A stretch of 64,000 nucleotides of DNA from Acidobacteriota bacterium (lineage in GTDB: Bacteria > Acidobacteriota > UBA890), in contig CBDCBL010000009.1 of NCBI GenBank assembly GCA_965214245.1, positions 105,258 to 169,257 of the forward strand, read 5' to 3'. A model generated the notes under the pieces. That model was not told the DNA's origin. It worked only from the letters and a program-made list of their open reading frames with translations, and made no database searches. This document shows, one piece after another, positions 41,687 through 52,399 of this stretch. Position numbers and translations under genes: made by a program. Numbering within the stretch: position 1 is the stretch's first letter; each line of letters opens with the position of its first letter.

Positions 41687-42721
41687 ATGAAGATTGCTGT
41701 TGATGCGATGGGGGGGGACCACGCTCCGGAGCACCCCGTTGCCGGAGCGATCCTCGCGGCGCGCGAACTGGGCGCGGACATCGTTCTTGTAGGTCAGCAG
41801 GAGCGCATCGAGAAGGTCCTGGCGGGGCATCCGAAAGCGCCCCCGTTGGAGATCGTCCACGCCGAGCAAGTGATCGCGATGGACGAATCCCCGGCCACGG
41901 CGTTGCGCCGCAAGCGCGACTCGTCGATCCACGTCGCCGCCACGCTGTTGCGCGAAGGCGACGTGCAGGGATTCGTCTCGGCAGGCAACACCGGTGCCGT
42001 CATGGTGATGGTGAAGCTGTACGTCGGCACGATAACCGGCGTTGATAGGCCGGCCCTTGCCGTGATTCTGCCGAGCCGCAAGGGCCGGACCGTGTTGATC
42101 GACGTGGGTGCCAATATCGACCCTAAGAGTCAGCACCTCCTGCAGTTCGGCGTGATGGGCAGCTTCTTCGCGCAGACGATCATGGGGCTGGAAAGCCCGC
42201 GCGTCGGGTTGTTGTCGATCGGCGAGGAGGCGGGTAAGGGCACCGACGTGATTCGCGCCGCCCACCAGGCGTTGGAAGATTCGCCGCTCAACTTTCTCGG
42301 CAACGTGGAGGCCCGCGAGGTGTACAGCGGCGCCGCGGACGTCGTGGTTTGCGACGGGTTTACCGGCAACGTCGTATTGAAGACCAGCGAAGCGGTGGTC
42401 GAGACCATGCTGCACCTACTGCGCGAAGAGCTCACCAGCTCGCGCGCCAACATGTTGGGGGCACGCCTTGCTCGCGGAGCGTTTCGGAATTACCGGAAAC
42501 GCGTGCACTACGCCGCGTTCGGCGGCGCGCCGCTCCTCGGAGCTCGCGGCCTTACCGTGATCTGCCACGGCCGGTCATCGGCTCGGGCCATCATGAACGG
42601 CATCCGCGTGACCATGGACTACGGCCAACACCGAGTCGGCGAGCGCATCGAACAGATGCTGGCGGATATGGGGACCGACGACGCCCAGGGCGCGGCGGAA
42701 GCCGTTTCAACCAAGAGCTGA
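41687..42721 (+). CDS. plsX: Phosphate acyltransferase PlsX
   Basis: MKIAVDAMGGDHAP...GFVSAGNTGA...VVCDGFTGNVVLKTSE. Confidence 0.95.
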   Translation: MKIAVDAMGGDHAPEHPVAGAILAARELGADIVLVGQQERIEKVLAGHPKAPPLEIVHAEQVIAMDESPATALRRKRDSSIHVAATLLREGDVQGFVSAGNTGAVMVMVKLYVGTITGVDRPALAVILPSRKGRTVLIDVGANIDPKSQHLLQFGVMGSFFAQTIMGLESPRVGLLSIGEEAGKGTDVIRAAHQALEDSPLNFLGNVEAREVYSGAADVVVCDGFTGNVVLKTSEAVVETMLHLLREELTSSRANMLGARLARGAFRNYRKRVHYAAFGGAPLLGARGLTVICHGRSSARAIMNGIRVTMDYGQHRVGERIEQMLADMGTDDAQGAAEAVSTKS

Positions 42722-42766
42722 ACAACCGGAGCGAGGCAGCGCCTCGCCACAAGCCCGAGAGGAACC

Positions 42767-43720
42767 GTGTCCGCACTATCATCGCTACCGAACACAGCCT
42801 TCCTGTACCCCGGACAAGGCTCGCAGTACCCCGGCATGGGCAAAGCCGTCTACGAACGACTCGACGAGGCACGTGAGGTGTTCGAGGCTGCCGACGCCAA
42901 CGTGCCGATATCGATACCCGAGATCTGCTTCAACAGCGACGAAGCCGTCCTGCGCCGCACCGAAAATACGCAACCGGCGATATTGACCGTCAGTGTCGCG
43001 CTGCACCGGGTTCTCGAATCACGCGGCATGTTTCCCGGATGGGTAGCCGGCCACTCGCTCGGCGAGTACTCGGCGTTGGTCGCTGCCGGTGTTCTCGACA
43101 TCGGCACCGCGGCGCGCTTGGTACACGGCAGGGGGGTCTACATGCAGGAGGCCGTGCCGGAAGGCTCAGGCGCAATGGCGGCGATTCTCGGGCTGGACAG
43201 CACCGTGGTCGAAGAACTCTGTGACGCGCGCAGCACCGAGGGAGTCGTGGAGGTCGCCAACTTCAACGCCCCGGGGCAGGTCGTCGTGGCCGGGCACCGC
43301 GACAGCGTCGGCGACGTCGTCGAGGCGGCCAAGGAGTCCGGGGCCCGTCGTGCCATCCTGCTGAACGTCAGCGCGCCTTTCCACTGCTCGCTGATGCAGC
43401 CGGCTGCCGAGCGGCTGCAGGTCGACCTGCGCGCCGTCGAGTTCGCCGATCCGGCGATGCCGGTGGTGTGCAACGTCGACGCCACCGCGGTCGTCGACGG
43501 CGCCACGGCGCGCGATGCGCTCGAGCGCCAGGTCACGCGTCCGGTACGTTGGAGCGAAACGCTCCGGTTTCTCGCCGCGCAGGGCGTCGACACCTTTGTG
43601 GAAGTAGGGCCGGGGCGGGTGCTCCGCGGGCTGGTCAAGCGAACTCTCGGGCGCGACGTGGCAATCTACGGCGTCGATGAGTTCGAAGAGATCGACGCCG
43701 TCGTGGCGACGCTGGTGTGA
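42767..43720 (+). CDS. fabD: Malonyl CoA-ACP transacylase
   Basis: GTG start; AFLYPGQGSQYPGMG...VAGHSLGEYSALVAAG (active-site GHSLG)...VSAPFHCSLM. Confidence 0.95.
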   Translation: MSALSSLPNTAFLYPGQGSQYPGMGKAVYERLDEAREVFEAADANVPISIPEICFNSDEAVLRRTENTQPAILTVSVALHRVLESRGMFPGWVAGHSLGEYSALVAAGVLDIGTAARLVHGRGVYMQEAVPEGSGAMAAILGLDSTVVEELCDARSTEGVVEVANFNAPGQVVVAGHRDSVGDVVEAAKESGARRAILLNVSAPFHCSLMQPAAERLQVDLRAVEFADPAMPVVCNVDATAVVDGATARDALERQVTRPVRWSETLRFLAAQGVDTFVEVGPGRVLRGLVKRTLGRDVAIYGVDEFEEIDAVVATLV

Positions 43721-43740
43721 CCCGTGAATCGGAGGGCGGA

Positions 43741-44487
43741 ATGAGCAGAGCATTTGACGGCCGGGTGGCCTTGATCACCGGGGCATCGCAGGGCATCGGC
43801 GAAGCGATCGCCCAGCGGCTCGCCGAGGAGGGCTGCAATCTGGTCGTCGGGTCGCGCCGCCTCGAGGCGTGTGAAGCGGTCGCGGCAGCCGTCGAGGAGC
43901 ACGGCATCGAGGCGCTGGCGGTGGCCATGGATGTCGGCGAGATGGACTCGGTGACGGCGGCCGTGGACCAGGCTTTGGAGCGGTTCGAGCGCATTGATTT
44001 TCTCGTCAACAACGCCGGAATCACGCGGGATAACCTGCTCCTGCGCCTCGATCCAGAGGACTGGAACGCCGTGCTGCAAACAGACCTCACCGGGGTCTAT
44101 AACTGCTCAAAAGCCGTGCTAAGATCCATGCTGCGCCAGCGTAGCGGCAGGGTGGTAACGATCAGCTCGGTCGTAGGGCTGCTCGGCAATCCGGGTCAAA
44201 CCGCGTACGCAGCAGCGAAGGCCGGGGTCTTCGGTTTCACCAAGTCTTTGGCCCGTGAAATCGCGTCGCGCAACATCACGGTAAATGCGGTGGCTCCCGG
44301 TTATATCTCGACCGAAATGACTGCGGCACTACCCGAAGCGGCAAGGGAACAGCTGCTGGCACAGATCCCGTTGGCACGGCTCGGTACCGGAGCGGACGTT
44401 GCCGGAGTCGTACGATTTTTGTTATCTGATGATGCAACTTATGTCACCGGACAGATCTTGAGCGTCGACGGTGGCATCTACATGTGA
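43741..44487 (+). CDS. fabG: 3-oxoacyl-ACP reductase
   Basis: The start is at the ATG at 43741, after GGAGGGCGGA. GRVALITGASQGIGEAIA...LVNNAGI...YAAAKAGVFGFTKSLA...GQILSVDGGIYM. Confidence 0.9.
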   Translation: MSRAFDGRVALITGASQGIGEAIAQRLAEEGCNLVVGSRRLEACEAVAAAVEEHGIEALAVAMDVGEMDSVTAAVDQALERFERIDFLVNNAGITRDNLLLRLDPEDWNAVLQTDLTGVYNCSKAVLRSMLRQRSGRVVTISSVVGLLGNPGQTAYAAAKAGVFGFTKSLAREIASRNITVNAVAPGYISTEMTAALPEAAREQLLAQIPLARLGTGADVAGVVRFLLSDDATYVTGQILSVDGGIYM

Positions 44488-44557
44488 GTCTGCGTTGGAC
44501 GGACCCTTCACTTGTTTACCGCGCGACGTCTGTGACGAGCGCCTCAGGAGGTAACCG

Positions 44558-44791
44558 ATGGATACTCTGGAAAAGGTCAAGAAGATCATTGTTGAGCAAC
44601 TCGGCGTCGATGTGGATGAGGTCACACCCGAGGCCTCATTCGTGGACGACCTGGGAGCCGATTCACTCGATACTGTCGAGCTGGTGATGGCGCTGGAGGA
44701 GGAGTTCGACTTCGAGATTCCTGATGAGGATGCCGAGAAGATCGCCAAGGTCCAGGACGCCGTCAGCTATATCGACGCGCACAACAGCTGA
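44558..44791 (+). CDS. acpP: Acyl carrier protein
   Basis: ...[35 protein letters not shown] carries the DSLD phosphopantetheine site. An AGGAGG RBS is present. Confidence 0.95.
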   Translation: MDTLEKVKKIIVEQLGVDVDEVTPEASFVDDLGADSLDTVELVMALEEEFDFEIPDEDAEKIAKVQDAVSYIDAHNS

Positions 44792-44845
44792 TCCGGCGTC
44801 GAGATTGCCGGCAGCACGATGCTGCAACAAGCAAGCGGGAAGCGG

Positions 44846-46087
44846 ATGCAACGACGAGTCGTCGTAACCGGGATCGGTATCGTCAGTCCCCTCGGGGTTG
44901 GTACCGAAGAGTCGTGGAGGGGGTGCGTCGAAGGCGTGGCCGGCGTCTGCCCGATCACGAAATTCGACTGCGACGGCTTCGCCGTGCAAATCGCCGGGGA
45001 GGTCAAGGGCTTCGATCCGCTCGACTACGCGGCTAAGAAAGACATCAAGAAGATAGACTATCACATCCAGTACGCTCTGGCCGCGGGTGAGTTCGCCCTG
45101 CGGGATGCCGGACTGGATGGAGAGGATCGTCCGTACTCCTCGGAGCGCATGGGCGTGCTCATCGGTTCAGGGATCGGCGGCCTCAACATGATGGAGCTCC
45201 ATCACCGGACCTTGCTCGACAAGGGGCCGGGCAAGGTCAGCCCGTTTTTCATTCCGGGCCTCATCATCAACGAGGCTGCCGGTTGGGTGTCGATCAAGTT
45301 CGACTTGAAGGGCCCGAATTCCGCCACCTGCACGGCCTGTACCACCGGATCTCACGCCATCGGTGACGCCTTCAAGATCGTCGGGCGCGGCGACGCCGAC
45401 GTTATGGTGTGCGGCGGTACGGAGGGCGTCGTGTGCGCGCTGGCGATCGACGGATTCGCGGCGATGCGCGCCCTTTCGACCCGCAACGACGAACCCGAGC
45501 GCGCCAGCCGACCGTTCGATGCGGAGCGTAACGGTTTCATTCTCGGCGAAGGCGCCGGTGTGCTGGTACTGGAAGCCGAGGAAGCGGCGCGCCAACGCGG
45601 CGCCCCGATCGTTGCCGAGATCGTCGGCTACGGCATGACGGGTGACGCCTATCACATCAGTTCCCCGCCTCCGGACGGCGGTGGCGCGTCACGCGTCATG
45701 GTAGCGACGTTAGACGACGCCGGTGTCAACGCCGAGCAGGTCGACTACGTCAACGCTCACGGAACCTCGACGCCGGCGGGTGATCGCATCGAGACGGCCG
45801 CGATCAAGGAGGTCTTCGGCAGCCACGCCGCTGCGCTCCCGGTTTCCTCCACGAAGTCGATGATGGGGCACCTGTTGGGAGCCGCCGGAGGGGTCGAGGC
45901 GGGGATCATCGCCCTGGCCCTACGCGACGGTGTGATTCCGCCGACTATCAACTATGAGAATCCGGATCCCGAGTGCGACCTCGATTACGTCCCCAATGAA
46001 GCGCGCGAGGTGGCAATAGAGTACGCCATGTCGAACTCTTTCGGATTCGGCGGTACCAACGCGGCGCTGCTCCTCAAGCGCTACTAG
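44846..46087 (+). CDS. fabF: 3-oxoacyl-ACP synthase II
   Basis: The start is at the ATG at 44846 (MQRRVVVTGIGIVSPLG). It contains ...ATCTACTTGSHAIG (active Cys)...VNAHGTSTPAGD...SSTKSMMGHLLGAAG...NSFGFGGTNAALL. Confidence 0.95.
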   Translation: MQRRVVVTGIGIVSPLGVGTEESWRGCVEGVAGVCPITKFDCDGFAVQIAGEVKGFDPLDYAAKKDIKKIDYHIQYALAAGEFALRDAGLDGEDRPYSSERMGVLIGSGIGGLNMMELHHRTLLDKGPGKVSPFFIPGLIINEAAGWVSIKFDLKGPNSATCTACTTGSHAIGDAFKIVGRGDADVMVCGGTEGVVCALAIDGFAAMRALSTRNDEPERASRPFDAERNGFILGEGAGVLVLEAEEAARQRGAPIVAEIVGYGMTGDAYHISSPPPDGGGASRVMVATLDDAGVNAEQVDYVNAHGTSTPAGDRIETAAIKEVFGSHAAALPVSSTKSMMGHLLGAAGGVEAGIIALALRDGVIPPTINYENPDPECDLDYVPNEAREVAIEYAMSNSFGFGGTNAALLLKRY

Positions 46088-46171
46088 TCGCCGCTTAAGC
46101 GCGCGGCGGCACTGGTAACCTCTTTTCAGCGCGGTAGCAGATCGCACGCTCCGAGAACGGGGTAGCTCGCC

Positions 46172-47668
46172 ATGTCAGAAAGTGATCTTTTCGAGGTTCG
46201 ACGGCAGAAGCTCGAATCTCTGGAGGCCGGTGGCGTCGATCCGTTTCCACACGGCTACGACGTTGAGGCGACGATCGGCGACGTGCGGGTGCGGTACGAC
46301 GACTGGGACGCCGACCGGCTGGAAGCCAGCGACGAGCGGTTTCGTCTCGCGGGACGCATCGTCAGCGCCCGCGGGCACGGCAAGACTCAGTTCTCCGATA
46401 TCGACGACGGCAGCGCCCGGATCCAGCTTTACGTGCGGCGCGACGACGTCGGCGAGGAATCTTTCGCGCTCTGGGAGGAACTCGACCTCGGTGATTTCGT
46501 CGGTGTCGAGGGGGGGCTGATGCGCACTCGGAGCGGCGAGCTGACGTTGCGCGTCGAAGGCTACTCGCTGCTCAGCAAGGCATTGCGGCCGCTGCCCGAG
46601 AAGTGGCATGGCCTCAAAGATACGGAGATCCGCTACCGGCAGCGCTATCTCGACCTGGCGGCCAATGCGGAGGTGCGCGAGATCTTCCGCAAGCGCGCCG
46701 CGGCGGTGCGCGCGCTGCGGGCCCACCTGGACGCCGACGGCTTTATGGAGGTCGAGACGCCGATCATGCAGCCGCAGTACGGCGGCGCGCTGGCGCGCCC
46801 GTTCACCACGCACCACAACACCCTGGACGTCGACCTCTACTTGAGAATCGCTCCCGAGTTGTATTTGAAGCGGCTCCTGGTAGGCGGCCTGCCGCGGGTA
46901 TACGAGCTGGCGCGCAACTTCCGCAACGAGGGCGTGTCGACGCGCCACAATCCCGAGTTCACGATGCTCGAGTTCTACGCCGCCTATTGGGATTACGAGG
47001 TCATGATGACCTTCGCCGAGGAGCTTCTCTCCGTCACCGTGGAGGCGACGCTGGGGGCGGGCGACTTCGAGTACCAGGGTCGAGAGATTTCTGTCGGGCG
47101 GCCGTGGAAGCGCATGCGCTTCGCCGACGCCCTTGTCGACATCGGCGGTGTCCCGGCGGACGCCGTGATGGATGCAGATGCGCTGCGCGGCTGGGAAGGA
47201 CTGCAGGACGAGCCCGGCGGGCCGGCCTTGCAGACCGCCGATCTGCGGCTTGCGGATCTGTGGGAGCTGGCCTTCGAGCGCTACGTGCAGCCGACACTGA
47301 ACGCGCCGACGTTCGTGACCCATTTCCCGCGTGAAATTTCCCCGTTCTCCAAGGCGTCGCCCGACGACGACGGGCTGGTTGAGCGTTTCGAGCTGTTCTG
47401 GGGTGGCCTGGAGATCAGCAACGGCTACTCGGAGCTCAACGATCCCCGCCTGCAGCGCCGCAGTATGGAGGCGATGGGGGAAGCGCCGAGCCCCGAGCTC
47501 AACCAGCAACGCGTTGATGAGGACTACATCACAGCCCTCGAGCACGGCATGCCACCGGCTGCCGGTATCGGCATCGGCATCGATCGACTGACGATGTTGC
47601 TCACCGACTCGGCATCGATTCGCGACGTGATCCTGTTTCCGCAACTCAAGCCCAAGAGCGCCGAATGA
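46172..47668 (+). CDS. lysS: Lysine--tRNA ligase (class II)
   Basis: ...RRQKLESL...OB-fold...RYRQRYLDL...FMEVETPIMQ...YLRIAPELYLKRLLVGGL...VYELARNFRNEG...NPEFTMLEFY...GIGIGIDRLTMLL. Confidence 0.95.
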   Translation: MSESDLFEVRRQKLESLEAGGVDPFPHGYDVEATIGDVRVRYDDWDADRLEASDERFRLAGRIVSARGHGKTQFSDIDDGSARIQLYVRRDDVGEESFALWEELDLGDFVGVEGGLMRTRSGELTLRVEGYSLLSKALRPLPEKWHGLKDTEIRYRQRYLDLAANAEVREIFRKRAAAVRALRAHLDADGFMEVETPIMQPQYGGALARPFTTHHNTLDVDLYLRIAPELYLKRLLVGGLPRVYELARNFRNEGVSTRHNPEFTMLEFYAAYWDYEVMMTFAEELLSVTVEATLGAGDFEYQGREISVGRPWKRMRFADALVDIGGVPADAVMDADALRGWEGLQDEPGGPALQTADLRLADLWELAFERYVQPTLNAPTFVTHFPREISPFSKASPDDDGLVERFELFWGGLEISNGYSELNDPRLQRRSMEAMGEAPSPELNQQRVDEDYITALEHGMPPAAGIGIGIDRLTMLLTDSASIRDVILFPQLKPKSAE

Positions 47669-48975
47669 GGGCGAGTGGCGGCGGCGGCGAGGCTGGGCAC
47701 GCTGCCGCCAAGCTGCCCGTCGACGAAAGCAAGCTGGGTTTCGTGGCCGGCCGCTACGAGCTGTTCCTGGCGCTCCGCTACCTCAAGGCACGACGCAAGC
47801 AGGCCTTCACATCGCTCGTTTCCGGCGTTTCGATCCTCGGAATCGCTGTCGGTGTGGCGGCGCTCATCATTGCGTTGGCCCTGCTCACCGGGTTCCAAGA
47901 AGACATCCAGTCGAAGATCATCGGAGCCAACGCGCACGTCGTGGTGTGGGGTGCCGGCGGAGCGCCGATCCTCGATTACCGCAGAGTCGTCGAGGAAATG
48001 CGCGAGGTGCCGGGCGTCGTGGACGCGTCGCCGGTTGTCCTGCATACGGCAGTTCTCGACAACGGCATCGACCAGCGATTCGCTACCGTGAAGGGGGTCG
48101 ACCCGGCTGCCGAGACCACCGACCTGCTCGATCGCATGATCGAAGGCAGCGCCGCGCGCTTGGATCCCGATGAGGATCCGCCGGGAATCATCCTGGGGCG
48201 CGACTTGGCGACGCAGATGCTGGCGCGCGTCGATGACACGCTGCGCATCATACTGATCGATCGGAACGTGCTGACGCCGCTGGGAACGGGCAGGGTGCGC
48301 ACGCCGGAGGCTCGCGTCGTCGGCATCTTCGAGGCCGGAATGTTCGTGTATGACCAAACCTGGGTGCTCACTGACCTGCAAACGGCGCAGCGCTTGTTCG
48401 GCGTCGGGGACACGGTGTCGTGGATCGAGGTCGCCGTGGAGGACATTTATGAGACCGAAACCGTCATGGAGCGTATTCAGGCGCAGCTCGACGACGAATT
48501 CACCCTCACCGATTGGAAGCGCCAAAACCAGCTGTTCTTCTCTGCGCTTGCCCTCGAGAAGCTGGCGATGTTCGTGGTCATCAGCCTGATCGTCTTCGTC
48601 GCGGCGCTCAATATCGTCGCCACTCTGGTGCTGCTGGTCATGGAGAAGAACCGTGACATCGGCATCCTGTTGTCGATGGGCGCCAGGCGCCAGGGCGTTC
48701 TTTGCACGTTCATCTTTCAGGGTCTTTTCATCGGCCTCATGGGCACAGGAGTGGGGTTGACCCTCGGCATCGGCCTATCGATGCTGGCCGATCGCTATCA
48801 GTGGGTATCGCTCCCCGGAGAGGTCTACTACCTGACGCACGTGCCGTTCATCATACGCCCTTTCGATTTCATGCTCATCGCTCTGTTGGCGGTGTCGATC
48901 TCGTTTCTCGCCACCCTGTATCCCGCATGGCGGGCCAGCCGGCTCGATCCGGTCGAGGCCCTGCGCCACGAATGA
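47665..48975 (+). CDS. Lipoprotein-releasing system permease (LolC/LolE family, FtsX-type)
   Basis: ATGA overlap with lysS. ...YELFLALRYLKARRKQAFTSLVSGVSILGIAVGVAAL...; periplasmic MacB-PCD-like domain; C-terminal FtsX TMs ...ATLYPAWRASRLDPVEALRHE. Confidence 0.85.
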   Translation: MRASGGGGEAGHAAAKLPVDESKLGFVAGRYELFLALRYLKARRKQAFTSLVSGVSILGIAVGVAALIIALALLTGFQEDIQSKIIGANAHVVVWGAGGAPILDYRRVVEEMREVPGVVDASPVVLHTAVLDNGIDQRFATVKGVDPAAETTDLLDRMIEGSAARLDPDEDPPGIILGRDLATQMLARVDDTLRIILIDRNVLTPLGTGRVRTPEARVVGIFEAGMFVYDQTWVLTDLQTAQRLFGVGDTVSWIEVAVEDIYETETVMERIQAQLDDEFTLTDWKRQNQLFFSALALEKLAMFVVISLIVFVAALNIVATLVLLVMEKNRDIGILLSMGARRQGVLCTFIFQGLFIGLMGTGVGLTLGIGLSMLADRYQWVSLPGEVYYLTHVPFIIRPFDFMLIALLAVSISFLATLYPAWRASRLDPVEALRHE

Positions 48976-48991
48976 GGCAGGAGAGCGCCGC

Positions 48992-49699
48992 GTGAGCAGC
49001 CCGATCATCGAGGTTCGCAATCTCGCCAAGGCGTATTCGTCGGGCGACGGTACGCTCGAGGTGCTGCGCGCCACCGAACTGACGATCGGGGAAGGGGAGA
49101 GGGTCGCGGTGCTCGGGGCGAGCGGCGTCGGCAAGAGCACGCTGCTGCACCTCATCGGCGGCCTCGATCACCCCGATTCAGGCACGATTCACTTCCGCGG
49201 TACTGCGTTGGCCGAGATGGATGAGCGCCGCTTGGCCGCGTTTCGCAACAACGAAGTAGGCTTTGTGTTCCAATTTTTCCAGCTCCTGCCGGAGTTCACC
49301 GCGCTCGAGAACGTGATGATGCCGCTGCTCATCGGCCGGCAACTCGACGGCGCCCGCGGCCGCGCCCGCGCCCTTCTGGCCCATGTTGGAGTAGGAGAGC
49401 GGTCGCACCATTTCCCCTCGCAGCTGTCGGGTGGAGAGCGCCAGCGAGTGGCCATCGCCCGCGCCCTGGCGCGCCGTCCCAGCCTGGTTCTCGCCGATGA
49501 GCCCACCGGAAATCTCGATCTCGAGACGGGAATCCGGGTGATGGAGGTCTTTTCCGGGGTGCGGCAGGAATACGGTACGGCGATCCTGATGGCGACCCAC
49601 AATCCACGTCTCGTGGATGGATTCGACCGCGTTCTGGAGATGCAGCCGGGCGGCGAGTTGGCGCCGAGATCCGTTCCCACAGCTTCTGAGCGAGTGTAA
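48992..49699 (+). CDS. lolD: Lipoprotein-releasing system ATP-binding protein
   Basis: GTG start; GASGVGKSTLLHLIGGLD (Walker A), LSGGERQRVAIARAL (signature), LVLADEPTGNLD (Walker B). Confidence 0.85.
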   Translation: MSSPIIEVRNLAKAYSSGDGTLEVLRATELTIGEGERVAVLGASGVGKSTLLHLIGGLDHPDSGTIHFRGTALAEMDERRLAAFRNNEVGFVFQFFQLLPEFTALENVMMPLLIGRQLDGARGRARALLAHVGVGERSHHFPSQLSGGERQRVAIARALARRPSLVLADEPTGNLDLETGIRVMEVFSGVRQEYGTAILMATHNPRLVDGFDRVLEMQPGGELAPRSVPTASERV

Positions 49700-49729
49700 G
49701 CTGCCTGTAAGCAGCAAATTCGTCTTGTC

Positions 49730-49759
49730 TTGTCGGGCCCAGATCCAGCGGGCTATACT
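49730..49759 (+). promoter_or_regulatory. Putative promoter for clpC: TTGTCG-18 nt-TATACT
   Basis: TTGTCG lies at 49730-49735 and TATACT at 49754-49759, leaving a leader of about 110 nt that contains the hairpin GGCCGT-CGAA-ACGGCC. It is preceded by the hairpin GCTGC-CTGTAA-GCAGC (49700-49715) directly after the lolD stop. Confidence 0.3.
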
Positions 49760-49871
49760 CGAATTCCGCGGCGGCTCCCGTCGCGTCGCGAGTGGCTCGC
49801 GCAAACGCTAGGGGCGCGCGCCTGAAATGGGGCCGTCGAAACGGCCGTTTCTCGTCCCTGGCCGATGAAGC

Positions 49872-52316
49872 ATGTTCGAGCGCTACACGGAACGGGCACG
49901 GCGAGTAATTTTCTTCGCGCGCTATGAGGCCAGCCAACTGGGCTCGCGTACGATCGAGACGGAGCACCTTCTGCTGGGCCTGATCAGAGAGAACAACGGC
50001 CTCACGGGGCAGCTCCTGGCCCGTTCGAAGATCGAGCCCGAAGATATCCGCGGCGAGATCGAGGCCCGCACACGGGTGCGCGAGAAGATCTCGACCTCCG
50101 TAGAGATCCCGCTGTCGGTGGAGTCCAAGCGCGTCCTCGCCTACGCGGCCGAGGAAGCCGAGAAGATGTTCCACAAGTACATCGGCACGGAGCACATCCT
50201 GCTCGGCCTCCTGCGCGAGAAGAAGTCGCTGGCCTCGCGCATCCTGCTCGAGAAGGGTATGCGGCTGACAACCGCCCGCGAAGATCTTCTCTACCTGCTC
50301 AAGGAGAAGAATCTCAACGAGAAGAAGAAGGACACGCCGTTCCTGGCGGAGTTCTCCCGGGATCTGACGGCGCTAGCCGCCAAGGATCAGCTCGACCCAC
50401 TGATCGGCCGTGAGCAGGAGCTCGAGCGAGTCATTCAGATTCTCTGCCGGCGGACCAAGAACAACCCGGTTCTCATCGGTGAGCCGGGCGTCGGCAAGAC
50501 CGCGATTGTCGAGGGTCTGGCGCGCAAGATCGTTACGGGCGACGTGCCTCGCTTTTTGTACGACAAGCGGATCCTGGCGCTTGATATCTCCTCCGTGGTG
50601 GCCGGCACCAAGTATCGCGGCCAGTTCGAAGAGCGTCTCAAGTGCATCATGAAGGAGCTGGTGGAGAACAAGGACGTTCTGATCTTCATCGACGAGCTGC
50701 ACACGCTCGTCGGCGCGGGCTCCGCCGAGGGCTCGCTCGATGCCGCGGGAATTCTCAAGCCGGCACTGTCGCGCGGCGAGCTGCAGTGTATGGGCGCCAC
50801 GACGCCGAAAGAGCACCGCAAGCACATCGAGAAGGATCGGGCCCTGGCGCGCCGCTTTCAGGACGTCAAGGTGAGCCCGCCGACGGAGGACGAGACCCTC
50901 GACATCATCTACGGGCTGCGCTCACGCTACGAGAAATATCACGGCGTCTGCTACGAAGACGACGCCATTTCGGCGGCCGTATACCAGAGTAACCGGTACA
51001 TCAGCGACAGGTTCCTGCCGGACAAAGCCATCGACGTGCTCGATGAGGCCGGTGCACGGGTCAAGCTGGCGGCGGCCGCGGCACCGGCACAGCTGCAGGA
51101 AATCGAGTCGCGCCTGCAGGTGATCGCCGAGCAGGTCGATGCGGCGATCAGCGACAAAGAGTTCGAGAAGGCGGCCTACTACCGCGATCAGGAGCAGCAG
51201 GAGCGCGAGCGGCTGGAGACCGTACGGGCGCGCTTGGCGAACGAAGAGAACGATGCGGAACCGGCGTCCGTGTCGAAGGAGGACATCGAGCGCGTTGTCT
51301 CCAACTGGACGGGCATCCCGGTCAACTCGATTCAGGAAGAGGAGATGGACAAGCTCGTGAATATGGAAGACGAGCTACACAAGCGCATCATCGCCCAGGA
51401 GCCGGCCGTAGGGGTGGTGTCCCGCGCCATTCGCAGGTCGCGTGCGGGGCTCAAGGACCCACGCCGGCCGATGGGCTCGTTCTTGTTCCTCGGTCCGACG
51501 GGCGTCGGCAAGACCGAAGTCGCGCGTTCATTAGCAAACTTCCTGTTTGGGGAGGAGCACGCCCTGCTGCGGTTCGACATGTCGGAGTACATGGAGAAGC
51601 ATTCCGTCTCCAAGCTCATCGGCTCGCCGCCGGGCTACGTCGGACACGAGGAAGGCGGGCAGCTCACCGACAGGGTCAAACGCAAGCCGTACAGCGTGGT
51701 GTTGCTGGACGAGATCGAGAAGGCGCATCCGTCGATTTTCAATATCCTGCTGCAGGTCTATGAAGAGGGCCACCTTACCGACGCCCTTGGCAACACCGTC
51801 GACTTCAAGAACTGCATCGTCATCATGACGTCGAACGTGGGAGCGCGGCACATCGAGCGTGGCGGTGGCTTGGGATTTCGCACCGACGGCGAGGGGGCCA
51901 CGTATCAGGATATGCGCGACCGGGTACTCGAAGAGGTCAAGCGGACCTTCAACCCCGAGTTCCTCAACCGCATCGACGAGATCATCGTCTTTCACGCCCT
52001 CACGGACGAGCACCTGGTGAAGATCATCCGGCTGATGGTCGACGACGTGAACACCAACCTCCTGACCAAGGACATCCAGGTGGAGCTCGACGACATGGCG
52101 TTCCAGTGGATGATCGACCAGACGTGCGCCGACCGCAGCTACGGCGCCCGCCCGCTGCGTCGGGCGATCCAGAAGTACATCGAAGACAAGCTGGCCGAAG
52201 AGCTCATCGGCGGCCGGATCTCGTCGGGCGACAGGGTGCAGGTAACGGTCACCGACGATGCGATCGTCTTTCACGTCGGCAAACCGGAGAAGGAAGGGCA
52301 CCCGGTTGCCAAGTAG
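49872..52316 (+). CDS. clpC: ATP-dependent Clp protease ATP-binding subunit, ClpC-like
   Basis: Clp_N repeats ([37 protein letters not shown]; ...[14 protein letters not shown]), two AAA+ modules ([15 protein letters not shown]; [16 protein letters not shown]) and a UVR-like linker ([11 protein letters not shown]). Confidence 0.9.
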   Translation: MFERYTERARRVIFFARYEASQLGSRTIETEHLLLGLIRENNGLTGQLLARSKIEPEDIRGEIEARTRVREKISTSVEIPLSVESKRVLAYAAEEAEKMFHKYIGTEHILLGLLREKKSLASRILLEKGMRLTTAREDLLYLLKEKNLNEKKKDTPFLAEFSRDLTALAAKDQLDPLIGREQELERVIQILCRRTKNNPVLIGEPGVGKTAIVEGLARKIVTGDVPRFLYDKRILALDISSVVAGTKYRGQFEERLKCIMKELVENKDVLIFIDELHTLVGAGSAEGSLDAAGILKPALSRGELQCMGATTPKEHRKHIEKDRALARRFQDVKVSPPTEDETLDIIYGLRSRYEKYHGVCYEDDAISAAVYQSNRYISDRFLPDKAIDVLDEAGARVKLAAAAAPAQLQEIESRLQVIAEQVDAAISDKEFEKAAYYRDQEQQERERLETVRARLANEENDAEPASVSKEDIERVVSNWTGIPVNSIQEEEMDKLVNMEDELHKRIIAQEPAVGVVSRAIRRSRAGLKDPRRPMGSFLFLGPTGVGKTEVARSLANFLFGEEHALLRFDMSEYMEKHSVSKLIGSPPGYVGHEEGGQLTDRVKRKPYSVVLLDEIEKAHPSIFNILLQVYEEGHLTDALGNTVDFKNCIVIMTSNVGARHIERGGGLGFRTDGEGATYQDMRDRVLEEVKRTFNPEFLNRIDEIIVFHALTDEHLVKIIRLMVDDVNTNLLTKDIQVELDDMAFQWMIDQTCADRSYGARPLRRAIQKYIEDKLAEELIGGRISSGDRVQVTVTDDAIVFHVGKPEKEGHPVAK

Positions 52317-52399
52317 CAGGCCACGCCGGGCATCGGCGCATTGTTTGGGCTAGAATCTCACTGTCCGCCCGCTTCCACAACATCCCCCGACCGGCCTTC

